Assembly (NCBI GenBank): GCA_964464385.1
Contig: CAYXFZ010000004.1
Location: 14,898-51,852 of the forward strand
Source: an uncultured Planctomycetales bacterium
Lineage (GTDB): Bacteria > Planctomycetota > UBA1135
Length of the DNA stretch: 36,955 bases
Reading direction: 5' to 3'
The stretch's first letter is position 1; every line of letters starts with the position of its first letter. The position numbers and the translations under genes are program-made. The notes beneath the pieces are model-generated. The model did no database searches. It saw only the letters and a program-made list of their open reading frames with translations, and had not been told where the DNA came from. Shown in pieces: positions 9,236 through 18,305 of this stretch.

Positions 9236-10207
9236 ATGAGCGGACCCATCACCGATTTCGTGGATCGGCACTATCGCCACTTCAACGCCGCAGTTGTGCA
9301 GGCGGCCGCCGCGCATTGGGGCACGCACACTGGAGATGGCGGCAAGGTATTGCTCACCATGGCCGGCGCCATGAGCACAGCGGAACTTGGCCTCTCCCTC
9401 GCGGAAATGATCCGCCAGGACCAAGTGCATGCCATCTGCTGCACGGGCGCCAACCTCGAAGAAGATGTTTTCAACTTGGTCGCTCACGATCACTACGAAA
9501 GAATTCCAGAATGGCGCCAACTCACAGCCGCCGATGAAAAGTCCTTGCTTGATCGGCACCTCAATCGCGTCACAGACACCTGCATTCCCGAGGCCGAGGC
9601 CATGCGCAGGATTGAGCGGGCCGTCATGGAAGAGTGGCAGGAAACCAACACTGCCGAAGAGTCGGCTTTCCCGCACCAATTCCTGTATCGGCTTCTGCTC
9701 TCGGGTCGCCTGCAAGAACAGGTGCAAATTCCCCTGGCCGACAGTTGGCTAATGGCGGCCGCGGAGAAGGATCTGCCGATGTTTGTGCCTGGTTGGGAAG
9801 ATTCCACCTTGGGAAACATGTTTGCCGCTGCCTGCCTGCGGGGGGACCTCCGTTCCAGCACCGTGCGCGGTGGTATTCAGGCCATGATGGAGCTCGCTTC
9901 CTGGTATCGAGAGAACGGTGGCGGCAAAGGCCTGGGATTTTTTCAAATTGGGGGCGGCATTGCTGGAGATTTTCCAATCTGCGTCGTGCCCATGCTGCAC
10001 CAAGACTTGCACGAAGAAAAAACTCCACTTTGGTCCTGGTTCTGTCAGATCAGCGACTCAACGACCAGTTACGGATCCTATTCTGGAGCCGTGCCCAATG
10101 AAAAAATCACTTGGGGAAAACTGGCCAAAAACGCACCCAAATTCATGATTGAATCGGATGCCACGATCGTGGCACCTTTGATCTTTGCCCACGTTTTGGG
10201 ATGGTGA
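9236..10207 (+). CDS. deoxyhypusine synthase-like protein (possible homospermidine synthase)
   Basis: AGAMSTAELG, TGANLEED, RVTDTCIPE, QIGGGIAGDFPIC and YGSYSGAVPNEKITWGK (WGK lysine retained), ESDATIVAPL. Confidence 0.9.
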   Translation: MSGPITDFVDRHYRHFNAAVVQAAAAHWGTHTGDGGKVLLTMAGAMSTAELGLSLAEMIRQDQVHAICCTGANLEEDVFNLVAHDHYERIPEWRQLTAADEKSLLDRHLNRVTDTCIPEAEAMRRIERAVMEEWQETNTAEESAFPHQFLYRLLLSGRLQEQVQIPLADSWLMAAAEKDLPMFVPGWEDSTLGNMFAAACLRGDLRSSTVRGGIQAMMELASWYRENGGGKGLGFFQIGGGIAGDFPICVVPMLHQDLHEEKTPLWSWFCQISDSTTSYGSYSGAVPNEKITWGKLAKNAPKFMIESDATIVAPLIFAHVLGW

Positions 10208-10208
10208 A

Positions 10209-11192
10209 ATGACCCAAGATTCTCGCTGGCTGATTACCGGAGGTGCGGGCTTCATTGGCTCGGCCCTTGCCTGGGAACTCAATTGCCGCGGCCAAGAACG
10301 CATCGTGCTCGCCGACCGGCTGGGCGATTCGGACAAGTGGCGTAATCTGGTTCCTTTGCGTTTTGAGGACATTTTGGATGCTGACGATCTCCTGCCTGGA
10401 TTGGAAGAGGACAAATTCGGTGAGTTCACCCATGTCTTGCATATGGGCGCGTGTTCCTCCACCACGGAAACCGATGCGTCATGGCTATTGCGCAATAATT
10501 TCGCCTACTCTTGCCGTCTCGCAGAGTGGGCCGATTTCCGCAAAGTTCGATTTTTGTACGCATCCTCTGCTGCGACCTACGGCGATGGTGAAAATGGTAT
10601 GGAAGATTCTCTGGAGTGCCTCCCCCGATTGCGACCCCTCAATATGTACGGCTACTCCAAGCATATTTTTGATGTTTGGATGGCGAACAGGAACATGCTG
10701 GATACTGCCGTGGGAGTCAAGTTTTTCAACGTCTTCGGCCCCAACGAAGACCACAAGGAGGACATGCGTTCCTTGGCCCACAAGGCCTACCATCAGGTAT
10801 TGAAGGATGGCAAGGTGAGTTTGTTTCGCTCCCACAGACCGGAATGGGAAGATGGCTGCCAAGTAAGGGATTTTCTTTGGATCAAGGATGCTGTAAAAAT
10901 GGTACTGCACTTGGCAGAGTCCAAGAGTTCTGGATTGTTCAATCTTGGGTCCGGTGGCGCTCGCACTTGGAATGATTTGGCGGCAGCCGTCTTCCGGGCC
11001 ATGGACCGAGAGTCCAATATTGAATTCACGGACATGCCGGAAATTTTGCGCGAAAAATATCAGTACCACACCGAAGCCGATGTGGGCCGATTGCGCGACC
11101 AAGGATGGTCGGATGATCCAACTCCCTTGGAAGAGGCCGTGGACGATTATGTGCGCAACTATTTGGTTCCCGACCATCGACTTGGAGATTGA
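10209..11192 (+). CDS. hldD: ADP-L-glycero-D-manno-heptose 6-epimerase
   Basis: ITGGAGFIGS, HMGACSSTTE, YASSAATYG, PLNMYGYSK, FNVFGPNE.HK..M and YQYHTEAD. Start ATG 10209 lies just after the upstream stop. Confidence 0.93.
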   Translation: MTQDSRWLITGGAGFIGSALAWELNCRGQERIVLADRLGDSDKWRNLVPLRFEDILDADDLLPGLEEDKFGEFTHVLHMGACSSTTETDASWLLRNNFAYSCRLAEWADFRKVRFLYASSAATYGDGENGMEDSLECLPRLRPLNMYGYSKHIFDVWMANRNMLDTAVGVKFFNVFGPNEDHKEDMRSLAHKAYHQVLKDGKVSLFRSHRPEWEDGCQVRDFLWIKDAVKMVLHLAESKSSGLFNLGSGGARTWNDLAAAVFRAMDRESNIEFTDMPEILREKYQYHTEADVGRLRDQGWSDDPTPLEEAVDDYVRNYLVPDHRLGD

Positions 11193-11193
11193 A

Positions 11194-12096
11194 ATGCCCG
11201 AGTCCACTGAACTTTTGCCGATTGTTTATGCGCCGCAGGTGTTTCGCCCTCCTTCAGAGGCAGACAGCCTGATTTTTCAGGTCACCTTGGGATGTTCCTG
11301 GAATCGCTGCACCTTTTGCGCTATGTACCGGAATAAGAATTTTCGAGTCAGGCCTTTGGAGGAAGTGAAGAAGGAAATTCGTTGGGCCAAAGAGAATGTA
11401 CCCGAAGTGCGCAAGGTCTTTCTTGGAGACGGGGATGCTTTGATCGCTCGCGCCGATTTCCTCGGCGAAATTTGTGATTTTCTCCAAGAGTGCTTTCCCG
11501 ATCTGCGACGCATCTCCTGCTACGCCTCGCCGCAAGCGCTGCTCTTGCGCTCGGTGGAAGAAATGGCGGAATTGCGCAAACGCGGGCTAAGCCTTTATTA
11601 CTTGGGAGTGGAGAGCGGCGACGATGCCGTGCTGGCGGATTTGGAAAAGGGCGTGGATTCCAAACAAATGATTGCCGCCGGCCAGCGTGCCCATGAAGCC
11701 GGCGTGAAACTGTCCACCATGATTTTGCTGAACGCCGGAGGCCGCGCCTTGTCTCAGCAGCACGCCCGTGGTTCTGCGGAAGTGATCAACGCAATCCAGC
11801 CCAAGTTTGTCTCCACCTTGGTGATGACCCCGACCGAGGGCGCGCCCTTGGCCCAAACGGCAGCCGAGGGGAAATTCGAGGTCTTGTCGCCCGTAGAATT
11901 GGCCGCCGAGTTGCGCGAGTTTTTGTCCCACCTGAATCTCAGCGCCTCCATTTTTCGTTCCAACCACGCCAGCAACTGGCTAGCCTTGGCCGGCAATTTG
12001 CCGCGTGATCGCGAGGCCATGGTCCAGGCCTTGGATCTGGTCTTGGCTGATCCCGAACACGCGCCGTTCCGGCCGGCTTGGGCCCGCGGGCTGTAG
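11194..12096 (+). CDS. uncharacterised radical SAM protein
   Basis: CSWNRCTFC (CxxxCxxC), N-terminal FRPPSEA, FLGDGDA, YLGVESG and FRSNHASN. Start set at ATG 11194 immediately after the hldD stop. Confidence 0.88.
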   Translation: MPESTELLPIVYAPQVFRPPSEADSLIFQVTLGCSWNRCTFCAMYRNKNFRVRPLEEVKKEIRWAKENVPEVRKVFLGDGDALIARADFLGEICDFLQECFPDLRRISCYASPQALLLRSVEEMAELRKRGLSLYYLGVESGDDAVLADLEKGVDSKQMIAAGQRAHEAGVKLSTMILLNAGGRALSQQHARGSAEVINAIQPKFVSTLVMTPTEGAPLAQTAAEGKFEVLSPVELAAELREFLSHLNLSASIFRSNHASNWLALAGNLPRDREAMVQALDLVLADPEHAPFRPAWARGL

Positions 12097-12158
12097 GCAA
12101 AGAGCAGTAACGCCCCGGTGAGGAGGGCGTCTTCCATGGGTAACCCCAAGGAGGTCCC

Positions 12159-12590
12159 ATGCATCCATTGCTCCCGCTTCTCACTTTTTCCCTAGCTTTC
12201 GTCCCTCAAGATCCTGCCACGCCACCCTGCCCAGACTTCGGGGTCACGGATTGGCACCCCGTTGAAATGGACGCCCCCGGGTTTACCGCCTGCAAAGGCG
12301 GGATGACGGAATTTCAGTTCGGCGGAATCCGCATCACTTGGGACGACCCGGTCTGTCCCCTTTTCATCATCATGACTCCCGCTTTTACCGAAACGGGCAA
12401 GAAAATGGGCGCCCGCATTCAGGATGTCCGCTTGGCCCGCGGCCTCAAGTTCAATTTTCACTGCGGCAACAAGGGCACCAGTTGCCACCAATCCAGTTCC
12501 GAGTCCTTCGGCTTCTACCCAGTTCACATCGAAGTGGGTTGTGACCAACCCCCTGCCCCGATCACCATCGAACCCGCGCCTGTCTCATGA
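12159..12590 (+). CDS. hypothetical exported Cys-containing protein (143 aa)
   Basis: Strong SD AAGGAGG just upstream, signal-peptide-like N-terminus, six Cys; no family recognised. Confidence 0.7.
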   Translation: MHPLLPLLTFSLAFVPQDPATPPCPDFGVTDWHPVEMDAPGFTACKGGMTEFQFGGIRITWDDPVCPLFIIMTPAFTETGKKMGARIQDVRLARGLKFNFHCGNKGTSCHQSSSESFGFYPVHIEVGCDQPPAPITIEPAPVS

Positions 12591-13948
12591 AGCCTCTCCT
12601 CCTGCCCTTGGTCGCGGGAAGTTTCGCTACCGCTGCCTTTTTGGTCCCGGTACCACAGGCCGGCCCCTCCGCGCCTGCCCAAGTCTGGAATTCCTCTTCG
12701 CCAAGCTCCTCAATCCTGCCCACCGAAGAGGACAGTCGCATTCCTTTGCGCTCCGACTCCCGACCTCTTGGGTTGGTCCCTCTTTCCGGGGAGGAAGGCG
12801 CACTCTTGGATGCCATCGCCCATGAGTCCACCCGCGGCCAGGTCATTCCGGCGGCCTTGGCCCGCCCCGGCACTGCCATCTGGGTACTCCGCCGCTTAGA
12901 AGAAGCGGATTTCCACACCAGCCAAGCCCGCTCGGTAGGTTGGCTCTTGCGCGGCGTGCTTCTCCTTCGGGATTCGCTCCCAGACGGCCTCCCCCTGCCC
13001 TTGGATTCCTACCTGAGCCGTGTCTTTGGGGCAGGCTCCTTGCATCGCTCGGCCGCCGAGGCCGTGATCTGGGCCTGGCACGGGATTCGGCTCTTGGACA
13101 GCCACCACGAAGAGTTGGTGTCCAACACGCGCCCCTCCTTCCCAGCAGCGTCCGCGTTTCATTCCCGCCTGCACCTTGCATTATTGGAGGATCTTCTGCG
13201 TGCCTTTCTGGAAGAGGGGTCCGGTCAGCGCGTCGAGCAATCCTTGCAGGACCCTTGGCCGGAGGTCCGCTCTTTGGCCCGACGACTTCTCCTGGAGGAC
13301 GGCCGTTCCTGGCAATCCATTGTCGCGGCCTCTTCCTTGGCCACCCCGACCGAAATCCGAGTCTGGGGCAACGCCCTCGCCAAGCAGTTGCCACCACAAG
13401 AGGCCGCCCAGGCCCTATTGCACCTCGAGGCCCTCACTCAGGCAGAGGAGTTGTTTTCCCCTTGGTCTCTCCTGGCCTCCCGCTCCCCAGGTGCCGTAGG
13501 AAAAGCATGGGAAGATCTCTTGGCTACGGCAGCAGTACCGGAAACCGCCCCATCCTTGGATTCCAGCTGGCAAGAGGGCAAGATCCGACAACGGGTACTT
13601 CTGGCCTTGGCGGTCGGAGCCCCGGGCGACCCCACAACCCGCGGCACTTTGGATCGAGCCACCTGGCAAGAACCCAATCCCTTAGTTCGAATCTCGGCTT
13701 GGTCGGCCTTGGCGGAAGCTGCCGACCAAAAATCGCGAAGTCTAGCCCTAGCCAGATTGCAGGCCCCCGACCGGCAGGAAGCTCTTTCTCTGGGATCCTT
13801 GGGCACGGCCCCCCTCGTGGAAGGGCTTCGCGCCCTGGCGCGGACGGCCACCCCCTCCCAACGGAGTGATTTGGTGGCGGTCCTCGGCACCCTGGGCCTG
13901 AATCACGAAATCCAAGCCGAGTTGCGTCACATGCTCACCGGACTCTGA
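12587..13948 (+). CDS. hypothetical exported alpha-helical (HEAT-like) protein
   Basis: ATGA overlap with the upstream gene, hydrophobic N-terminus, Ser/Pro linker, and HEAT-like segments LQDPWPEVRSLA and EPNPLVRISAWSAL. Confidence 0.65.
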   Translation: MKPLLLPLVAGSFATAAFLVPVPQAGPSAPAQVWNSSSPSSSILPTEEDSRIPLRSDSRPLGLVPLSGEEGALLDAIAHESTRGQVIPAALARPGTAIWVLRRLEEADFHTSQARSVGWLLRGVLLLRDSLPDGLPLPLDSYLSRVFGAGSLHRSAAEAVIWAWHGIRLLDSHHEELVSNTRPSFPAASAFHSRLHLALLEDLLRAFLEEGSGQRVEQSLQDPWPEVRSLARRLLLEDGRSWQSIVAASSLATPTEIRVWGNALAKQLPPQEAAQALLHLEALTQAEELFSPWSLLASRSPGAVGKAWEDLLATAAVPETAPSLDSSWQEGKIRQRVLLALAVGAPGDPTTRGTLDRATWQEPNPLVRISAWSALAEAADQKSRSLALARLQAPDRQEALSLGSLGTAPLVEGLRALARTATPSQRSDLVAVLGTLGLNHEIQAELRHMLTGL

Positions 13949-13964
13949 GCTCCGCCGGCCACAA

Positions 13965-13999
13965 GACATGGCCGCAACGTTAGTTTCTCCGGCCATGTC
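13965..13999. repeat. perfect 10-bp inverted repeat over the transporter start
   Basis: GACATGGCCG (13965-13974) and CGGCCATGTC (13990-13999) with a 15-nt spacer containing TAGTTT. Confidence 0.6.
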
Positions 14000-15560
14000 C
14001 AGCCCTCAAGCGCCCGCCCCAAAGGAAACTTTTTTCCAGAGCATTTTCAATTTTCCTGGCACCTTTTGGATTGCCAACGGGATGGAAATCGTCGAGCGCT
14101 TCGCTTACTACGGTCTTCGATCCTTGCTCCCCATCTACATGGTCGTGGCCTACGAGGATGGGGGTCCTCAATTTACCCACATTGAAAAGGGAATTATTTT
14201 CGGTTGGTGGGCGATTGTTCAAAGTTTTATTCCCGTTCTCTCCGGTGGATTTGCCGACCGGTTCGGGTTCAAAAAGAACATTGCAATTGCCACCGCAATC
14301 AAAATTGTGGGCTATCTTCTAATGGGATATGCGATTGAAATCGCTGCTGTACTCAATGGCGGCAATATGGAACTTCAGAAGGGCGCCGCTGGTGGTGATT
14401 ACACCTTCTGGGTCTTCTTCGTTGGCGCTCTCGGCCTGGCCTTTGGCACAGCTATTTTCAAACCCGGCCTGCAAGGCCTGATCGCCCTAAAAATGCCCAA
14501 GCACAAGGCCTCCCTCGGCTGGGCCATTTTTTATCAAATGGTCAATATTGGGGCCTTCGTGGGTCCGTTGATTGGTGGAGTGCTCCGTGTCCTCGACTGG
14601 AAACACGTTTTCCTCATGTGCACCTTTGGCATTGCCCTGAACTTCATTCCGCTTTTGTTTTTCCCAGAACCGGCAAAGAAAGAAGACAAAACGGATACGA
14701 ACCAAGGGGGGCTGGCTGAGGTTCTCACAACAAGCATGGCCATTTTGGTGGACAGCATCCGCGGGTTGCTGCAGTTCCGGGTCTTGGGCTTCACCCTCGC
14801 ATTTGCAGGGTTTTGGTTCATGGCCTATTCCCTCTGGGACTTCCTGCCCAATTTCATTGAGGATTGGGTGGACTCCCGCGGCCTCGCTACATGGTTGCAG
14901 TCCTGGGTCCCCATGGATGTTCCCGTGGTGAGTGGCGGAATGTTGGCGGGGGAATGGATGGTGAACTTCAATGCCTTCTTGATCATGTTCTTGGCCTTTG
15001 CCGTGGGTTGGATTACCGGCAAGATGCGCGCGCTTTCCGCAATTGTCGTCGGCATCGCCATTTCTGCTCTGTCTATCTGGATGCTGAGCCAGTCCATGAA
15101 CGGTTGGTGGTGTCTTCTGGCCATTGGCGTGTTCTCCTTCGGGGAAATGTCGGCCAGCCCAACCAAAATGCGCTATTTGGCCTCCATTGCTCCGCCCGGC
15201 AAAGAAGGTCTCTACATGGGTTACGTCAACATGACGGTGGGCATCGGCTGGTCTGTCCTCAACTTTGCGGGAGGGCATATTTACGAGGACACCGGTGACA
15301 AAGTGAACTTGGCTCGCCGGCACCTTGTGGACGAGCTTGGAATGAATTTAGAAATGGTCACGGCCATCAAAAAAACCGAGGTGATGCCCATGCTCGCGGA
15401 GAAATTAGAGCTCTCGGTAGACGGCGCCAGAGAAATGCTTTGGGACTTTTATGGCCCCTACGAATTTTGGATTTGGTTCGCTGGCGTAGGTGTTGTGTCC
15501 ATGATCGCCATGGTTTTCTACGACCGCTGGTCAAAACGGAACCCGTATCTCGAAGGCTAG
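13995..15560 (+). CDS. MFS transporter, POT/PTR (proton-dependent oligopeptide) family
   Basis: EIVERFAYYG (ExxERFxYY signature), GGFADRFG, GTAIFKP, FYQMVNIGAF and GEMSASP. Start is 13995 or 13968. Confidence 0.87.
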   Translation: MSSPQAPAPKETFFQSIFNFPGTFWIANGMEIVERFAYYGLRSLLPIYMVVAYEDGGPQFTHIEKGIIFGWWAIVQSFIPVLSGGFADRFGFKKNIAIATAIKIVGYLLMGYAIEIAAVLNGGNMELQKGAAGGDYTFWVFFVGALGLAFGTAIFKPGLQGLIALKMPKHKASLGWAIFYQMVNIGAFVGPLIGGVLRVLDWKHVFLMCTFGIALNFIPLLFFPEPAKKEDKTDTNQGGLAEVLTTSMAILVDSIRGLLQFRVLGFTLAFAGFWFMAYSLWDFLPNFIEDWVDSRGLATWLQSWVPMDVPVVSGGMLAGEWMVNFNAFLIMFLAFAVGWITGKMRALSAIVVGIAISALSIWMLSQSMNGWWCLLAIGVFSFGEMSASPTKMRYLASIAPPGKEGLYMGYVNMTVGIGWSVLNFAGGHIYEDTGDKVNLARRHLVDELGMNLEMVTAIKKTEVMPMLAEKLELSVDGAREMLWDFYGPYEFWIWFAGVGVVSMIAMVFYDRWSKRNPYLEG

Positions 15561-15583
15561 GAATTCCCGAATGCCGCGATCGA

Positions 15584-17026
15584 TTAACGTCCTCGGAACA
15601 GGGCGGGGACCGTCTTCAAGAGTATCTTGATGTCCAACCAAAAGGACCACTGGTCAATATAGGCTAGGTCGAGTTTAACCCATTCTTCAAATTCGGAGAT
15701 TTCATTGCGGCCCATGACCTGCCATAGACCGGTGATGCCGGGCTTGACGGAGAGTCGGCGTCGTTGCGTGCGTTCATAAAGATTCACCTCGTTGGGAATC
15801 GGAGGGCGCGGCCCCACTAAGCTCATGTCCCCCTGGATCACATTGAAAAACTGGGGAAATTCATCCAAGGAAAACTTGCGCAGAAACCCGCCCAAGGGGG
15901 TGATCCGCGGGTCTTTCTTGACCTTGAAAACCGGCCCCTCCATCTCGTTGAGATGCGCGACTTCCTCTTTTCGCGATTCAGCGTCCGGCACCATGGACCG
16001 AAACTTGAAACACAAGAAATTTCTTCCGTGGAGGCCCACCCGCTCCTGGCGGAACAGAACCTGACGACGACCCCCTTTCTCGAAGAAAAGGGCCGCGGCC
16101 ACGGGCAACATGATCAAGGGCCCAGAGACCAAAAGAATCAGGCCGGATACCACCACGTCCATCCCGCGCTTTAGGGCTCGTTCAATATCATCCATGGGTG
16201 AGTGGGAAGCGTAAAGCGTCGTGATGTCGCCAAAGGTTTCGAATCGCCAACGCATTCCTGGGAAATAGTTTCGCGGAAGGTTGTAGCGAAGGATGATTCC
16301 TTGGGCCATAGCCGCATCCAAAAAATCACCGATATGAGGGTCATGGCCAGGGAACCCGTCAATCCAAATTTCATCCACCGGATTGTGATCCAGAAAGGCT
16401 TGACCCTCACCGGGCGCCACAAGCCGGAGGCCTTTCTCCTCTTTCGGGGGAGTCCAAGAAGCGTGATCGGGCAGTCTTAGACCCAGAACCCGATATCCCC
16501 AAGTGCGATGCAAACCAATTCGCTCCAATAAAGGGCTTGGATCTCGGTCTGGAGTGGCAACGATGACGAGGTTTCGATAATTGTAACCGCGGCGACGAGC
16601 CAATTTTGCAAAGCTGCGAATCACGGTACGCACCAAACCACCTGTTGCTGTATTGACCAAGGTAAAACCAAGAACCTGCGCCAAGTGTCCTGTTCCCAGT
16701 TTCAGGGAAACGGTAAAGAAAACCAGGACAAGAAAGACCATCAAGTTGACTAAAAACACGCGTGTGATTTCGCCGAACAAGCTTCGCATGCGTTGGCTTT
16801 CGTAAAGACCAAAGACCTTGTAGCCAAGAATGGTCGCCGACAAAGCAAACCCCAACATTCCGAAATGGAGGAATTCTCCGTCTTGAAAGACCGCTTCAGG
16901 GATTTGAAACCAGATCTGCTGAATCGGCTTGTGATAAGCAATCCCCAAGGCGTAGGCCACCAGAACCATAGCGGCATCGAAATACACCAGAACGAGCTGG
17001 ATCAGGATGCGGTGGCGGCGAAGCAT
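15584..17026 (-). CDS. polyprenyl-phosphate priming glycosylphosphotransferase (WcaJ/WbaP/GumD-like)
   Basis: N-terminal TM helices, KRGMD, FRQERVG, KFRSM, DPRIT, SLDEFPQFFNV, GDMSLVGPRP and KPGITGLWQV. Confidence 0.93.
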   Translation of the reverse strand: MLRRHRILIQLVLVYFDAAMVLVAYALGIAYHKPIQQIWFQIPEAVFQDGEFLHFGMLGFALSATILGYKVFGLYESQRMRSLFGEITRVFLVNLMVFLVLVFFTVSLKLGTGHLAQVLGFTLVNTATGGLVRTVIRSFAKLARRRGYNYRNLVIVATPDRDPSPLLERIGLHRTWGYRVLGLRLPDHASWTPPKEEKGLRLVAPGEGQAFLDHNPVDEIWIDGFPGHDPHIGDFLDAAMAQGIILRYNLPRNYFPGMRWRFETFGDITTLYASHSPMDDIERALKRGMDVVVSGLILLVSGPLIMLPVAAALFFEKGGRRQVLFRQERVGLHGRNFLCFKFRSMVPDAESRKEEVAHLNEMEGPVFKVKKDPRITPLGGFLRKFSLDEFPQFFNVIQGDMSLVGPRPPIPNEVNLYERTQRRRLSVKPGITGLWQVMGRNEISEFEEWVKLDLAYIDQWSFWLDIKILLKTVPALFRGR

Positions 17027-17041
17027 GGGAGGTCAGATGCC

Positions 17042-18238
17042 CTACCCGGAAGGAGGGTGCTCAGTTTTGAATTGTAAGCCGGATGGAATCCCCTGCCCGG
17101 CAACCAAAGAGAGGAAAAGGTCTTCACGGGCCCGAATCATGCGTTTGGCACTGTATTGCTCTTCCGCAATTTTCCTGCCCCGAGCCCCCATGGCCCTGGC
17201 GGTATCCCGATCTCGCATCAAGGCCGCAATTCGATCGGCCAAGGAAGACGCATCGTCCACGGGCACCAGGTAACCGGAGACCCCCTCTTGGATCTGTTCG
17301 TCCACAGAGCCCACTTGCGTTGAAACCACGGGCAAACGAGAGGCCATGGCCTCCAGCACACAATTGGGGAAGGTTTCTACCGCGGACTGCGAACAAAGGA
17401 CCAGCAGGTCGGCAGCGGCAAGGATCTCGGGAATGTCCTGGCGACGACCCAAGAAACGGATTGCTTTGGAAATTCCGAGTTCCTTTGCCAGGAATTCGGT
17501 GGCCCCCTGCGTAGGGCCCTCCCCCACCAACAAGAAAACCGCCTCCGGAAAATCGGGCAGCACCTTTTGGGCGGCCTGCAATAGCAGACGGTGGTTTTTT
17601 TCCGGTCGAAAAGCAGCCACATGGGCAACAACGGGGGCCTGCGGGGAAAGATTCAAATCAGCGCGCGCCGCATCCCGCCCAGAACCCTGAAAGGTCTCCA
17701 AGTCCACTCCGTTGGGAATCACCACGATGCGATCGGCGGGGAGATCCTCGTGCTGAATCAAATAACGGGCAGCTCCTTGGGCCACGGCAACATAAGCGTC
17801 ATTGAAAGGAATCAACCAACGGTTTGGGCGATCCAAAATTCGCCCTCCCCGGGGATTCCGGGTGGAATGCAGGGTGGAAACGATGCCCTCCACCCCGGCA
17901 AGGCGGGCAGCAAGACGACCCCAGAACATGCGATCGCCGCCATCTCCGATGGTGCAGACCACCTGAATGCCTCGTTTTCGAATGAGCCGCCAAAGACGCC
18001 ACAACACCAAAAGATCCCACTTGTGGCGCAAAAGACGATCCACCACTTCTACACCGGCCTGGCGAACGACCGGGGCCAGATCACCAGCCTCCTTCAGGCA
18101 AGCAACCGAGGGCCGCATCCGCACCGGATCGCCCTTGGTCACAATTTCCACGACCTTGCGCTCCATGCCACCGACCCGCAGGTCGGTGAGCAAGAAAAGC
18201 ACGGAGACCGGGTTGGGAGAGGGGGCTTCCGAATCCAT
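17042..18238 (-). CDS. GT4 family glycosyltransferase
   Basis: GGMER, IPNGVD, RPEKNH and ETFPNCVLEAMA. Start set to ATG 18238. Confidence 0.92.
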   Translation of the reverse strand: MDSEAPSPNPVSVLFLLTDLRVGGMERKVVEIVTKGDPVRMRPSVACLKEAGDLAPVVRQAGVEVVDRLLRHKWDLLVLWRLWRLIRKRGIQVVCTIGDGGDRMFWGRLAARLAGVEGIVSTLHSTRNPRGGRILDRPNRWLIPFNDAYVAVAQGAARYLIQHEDLPADRIVVIPNGVDLETFQGSGRDAARADLNLSPQAPVVAHVAAFRPEKNHRLLLQAAQKVLPDFPEAVFLLVGEGPTQGATEFLAKELGISKAIRFLGRRQDIPEILAAADLLVLCSQSAVETFPNCVLEAMASRLPVVSTQVGSVDEQIQEGVSGYLVPVDDASSLADRIAALMRDRDTARAMGARGRKIAEEQYSAKRMIRAREDLFLSLVAGQGIPSGLQFKTEHPPSG

Positions 18239-18305
18239 GAGAAGGGGCGGAGTGGGATCAGCCGAGCTTAGACTGTATCTTGCGCCGATTCCCATGGAGA
18301 AAACG

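Noticed and set aside
12130-12154. Weak hairpin overlapping the AAGGAGG SD of the 143-aa gene
   Set aside because: The stem is short and mismatched, with insufficient evidence for a regulatory RNA.
11194-12590. Radical SAM plus downstream small Cys protein as a RiPP system
   Set aside because: The enzyme has no evident SPASM or RRE domain, and the small protein has a signal-like N-terminus and is too long for a typical precursor.
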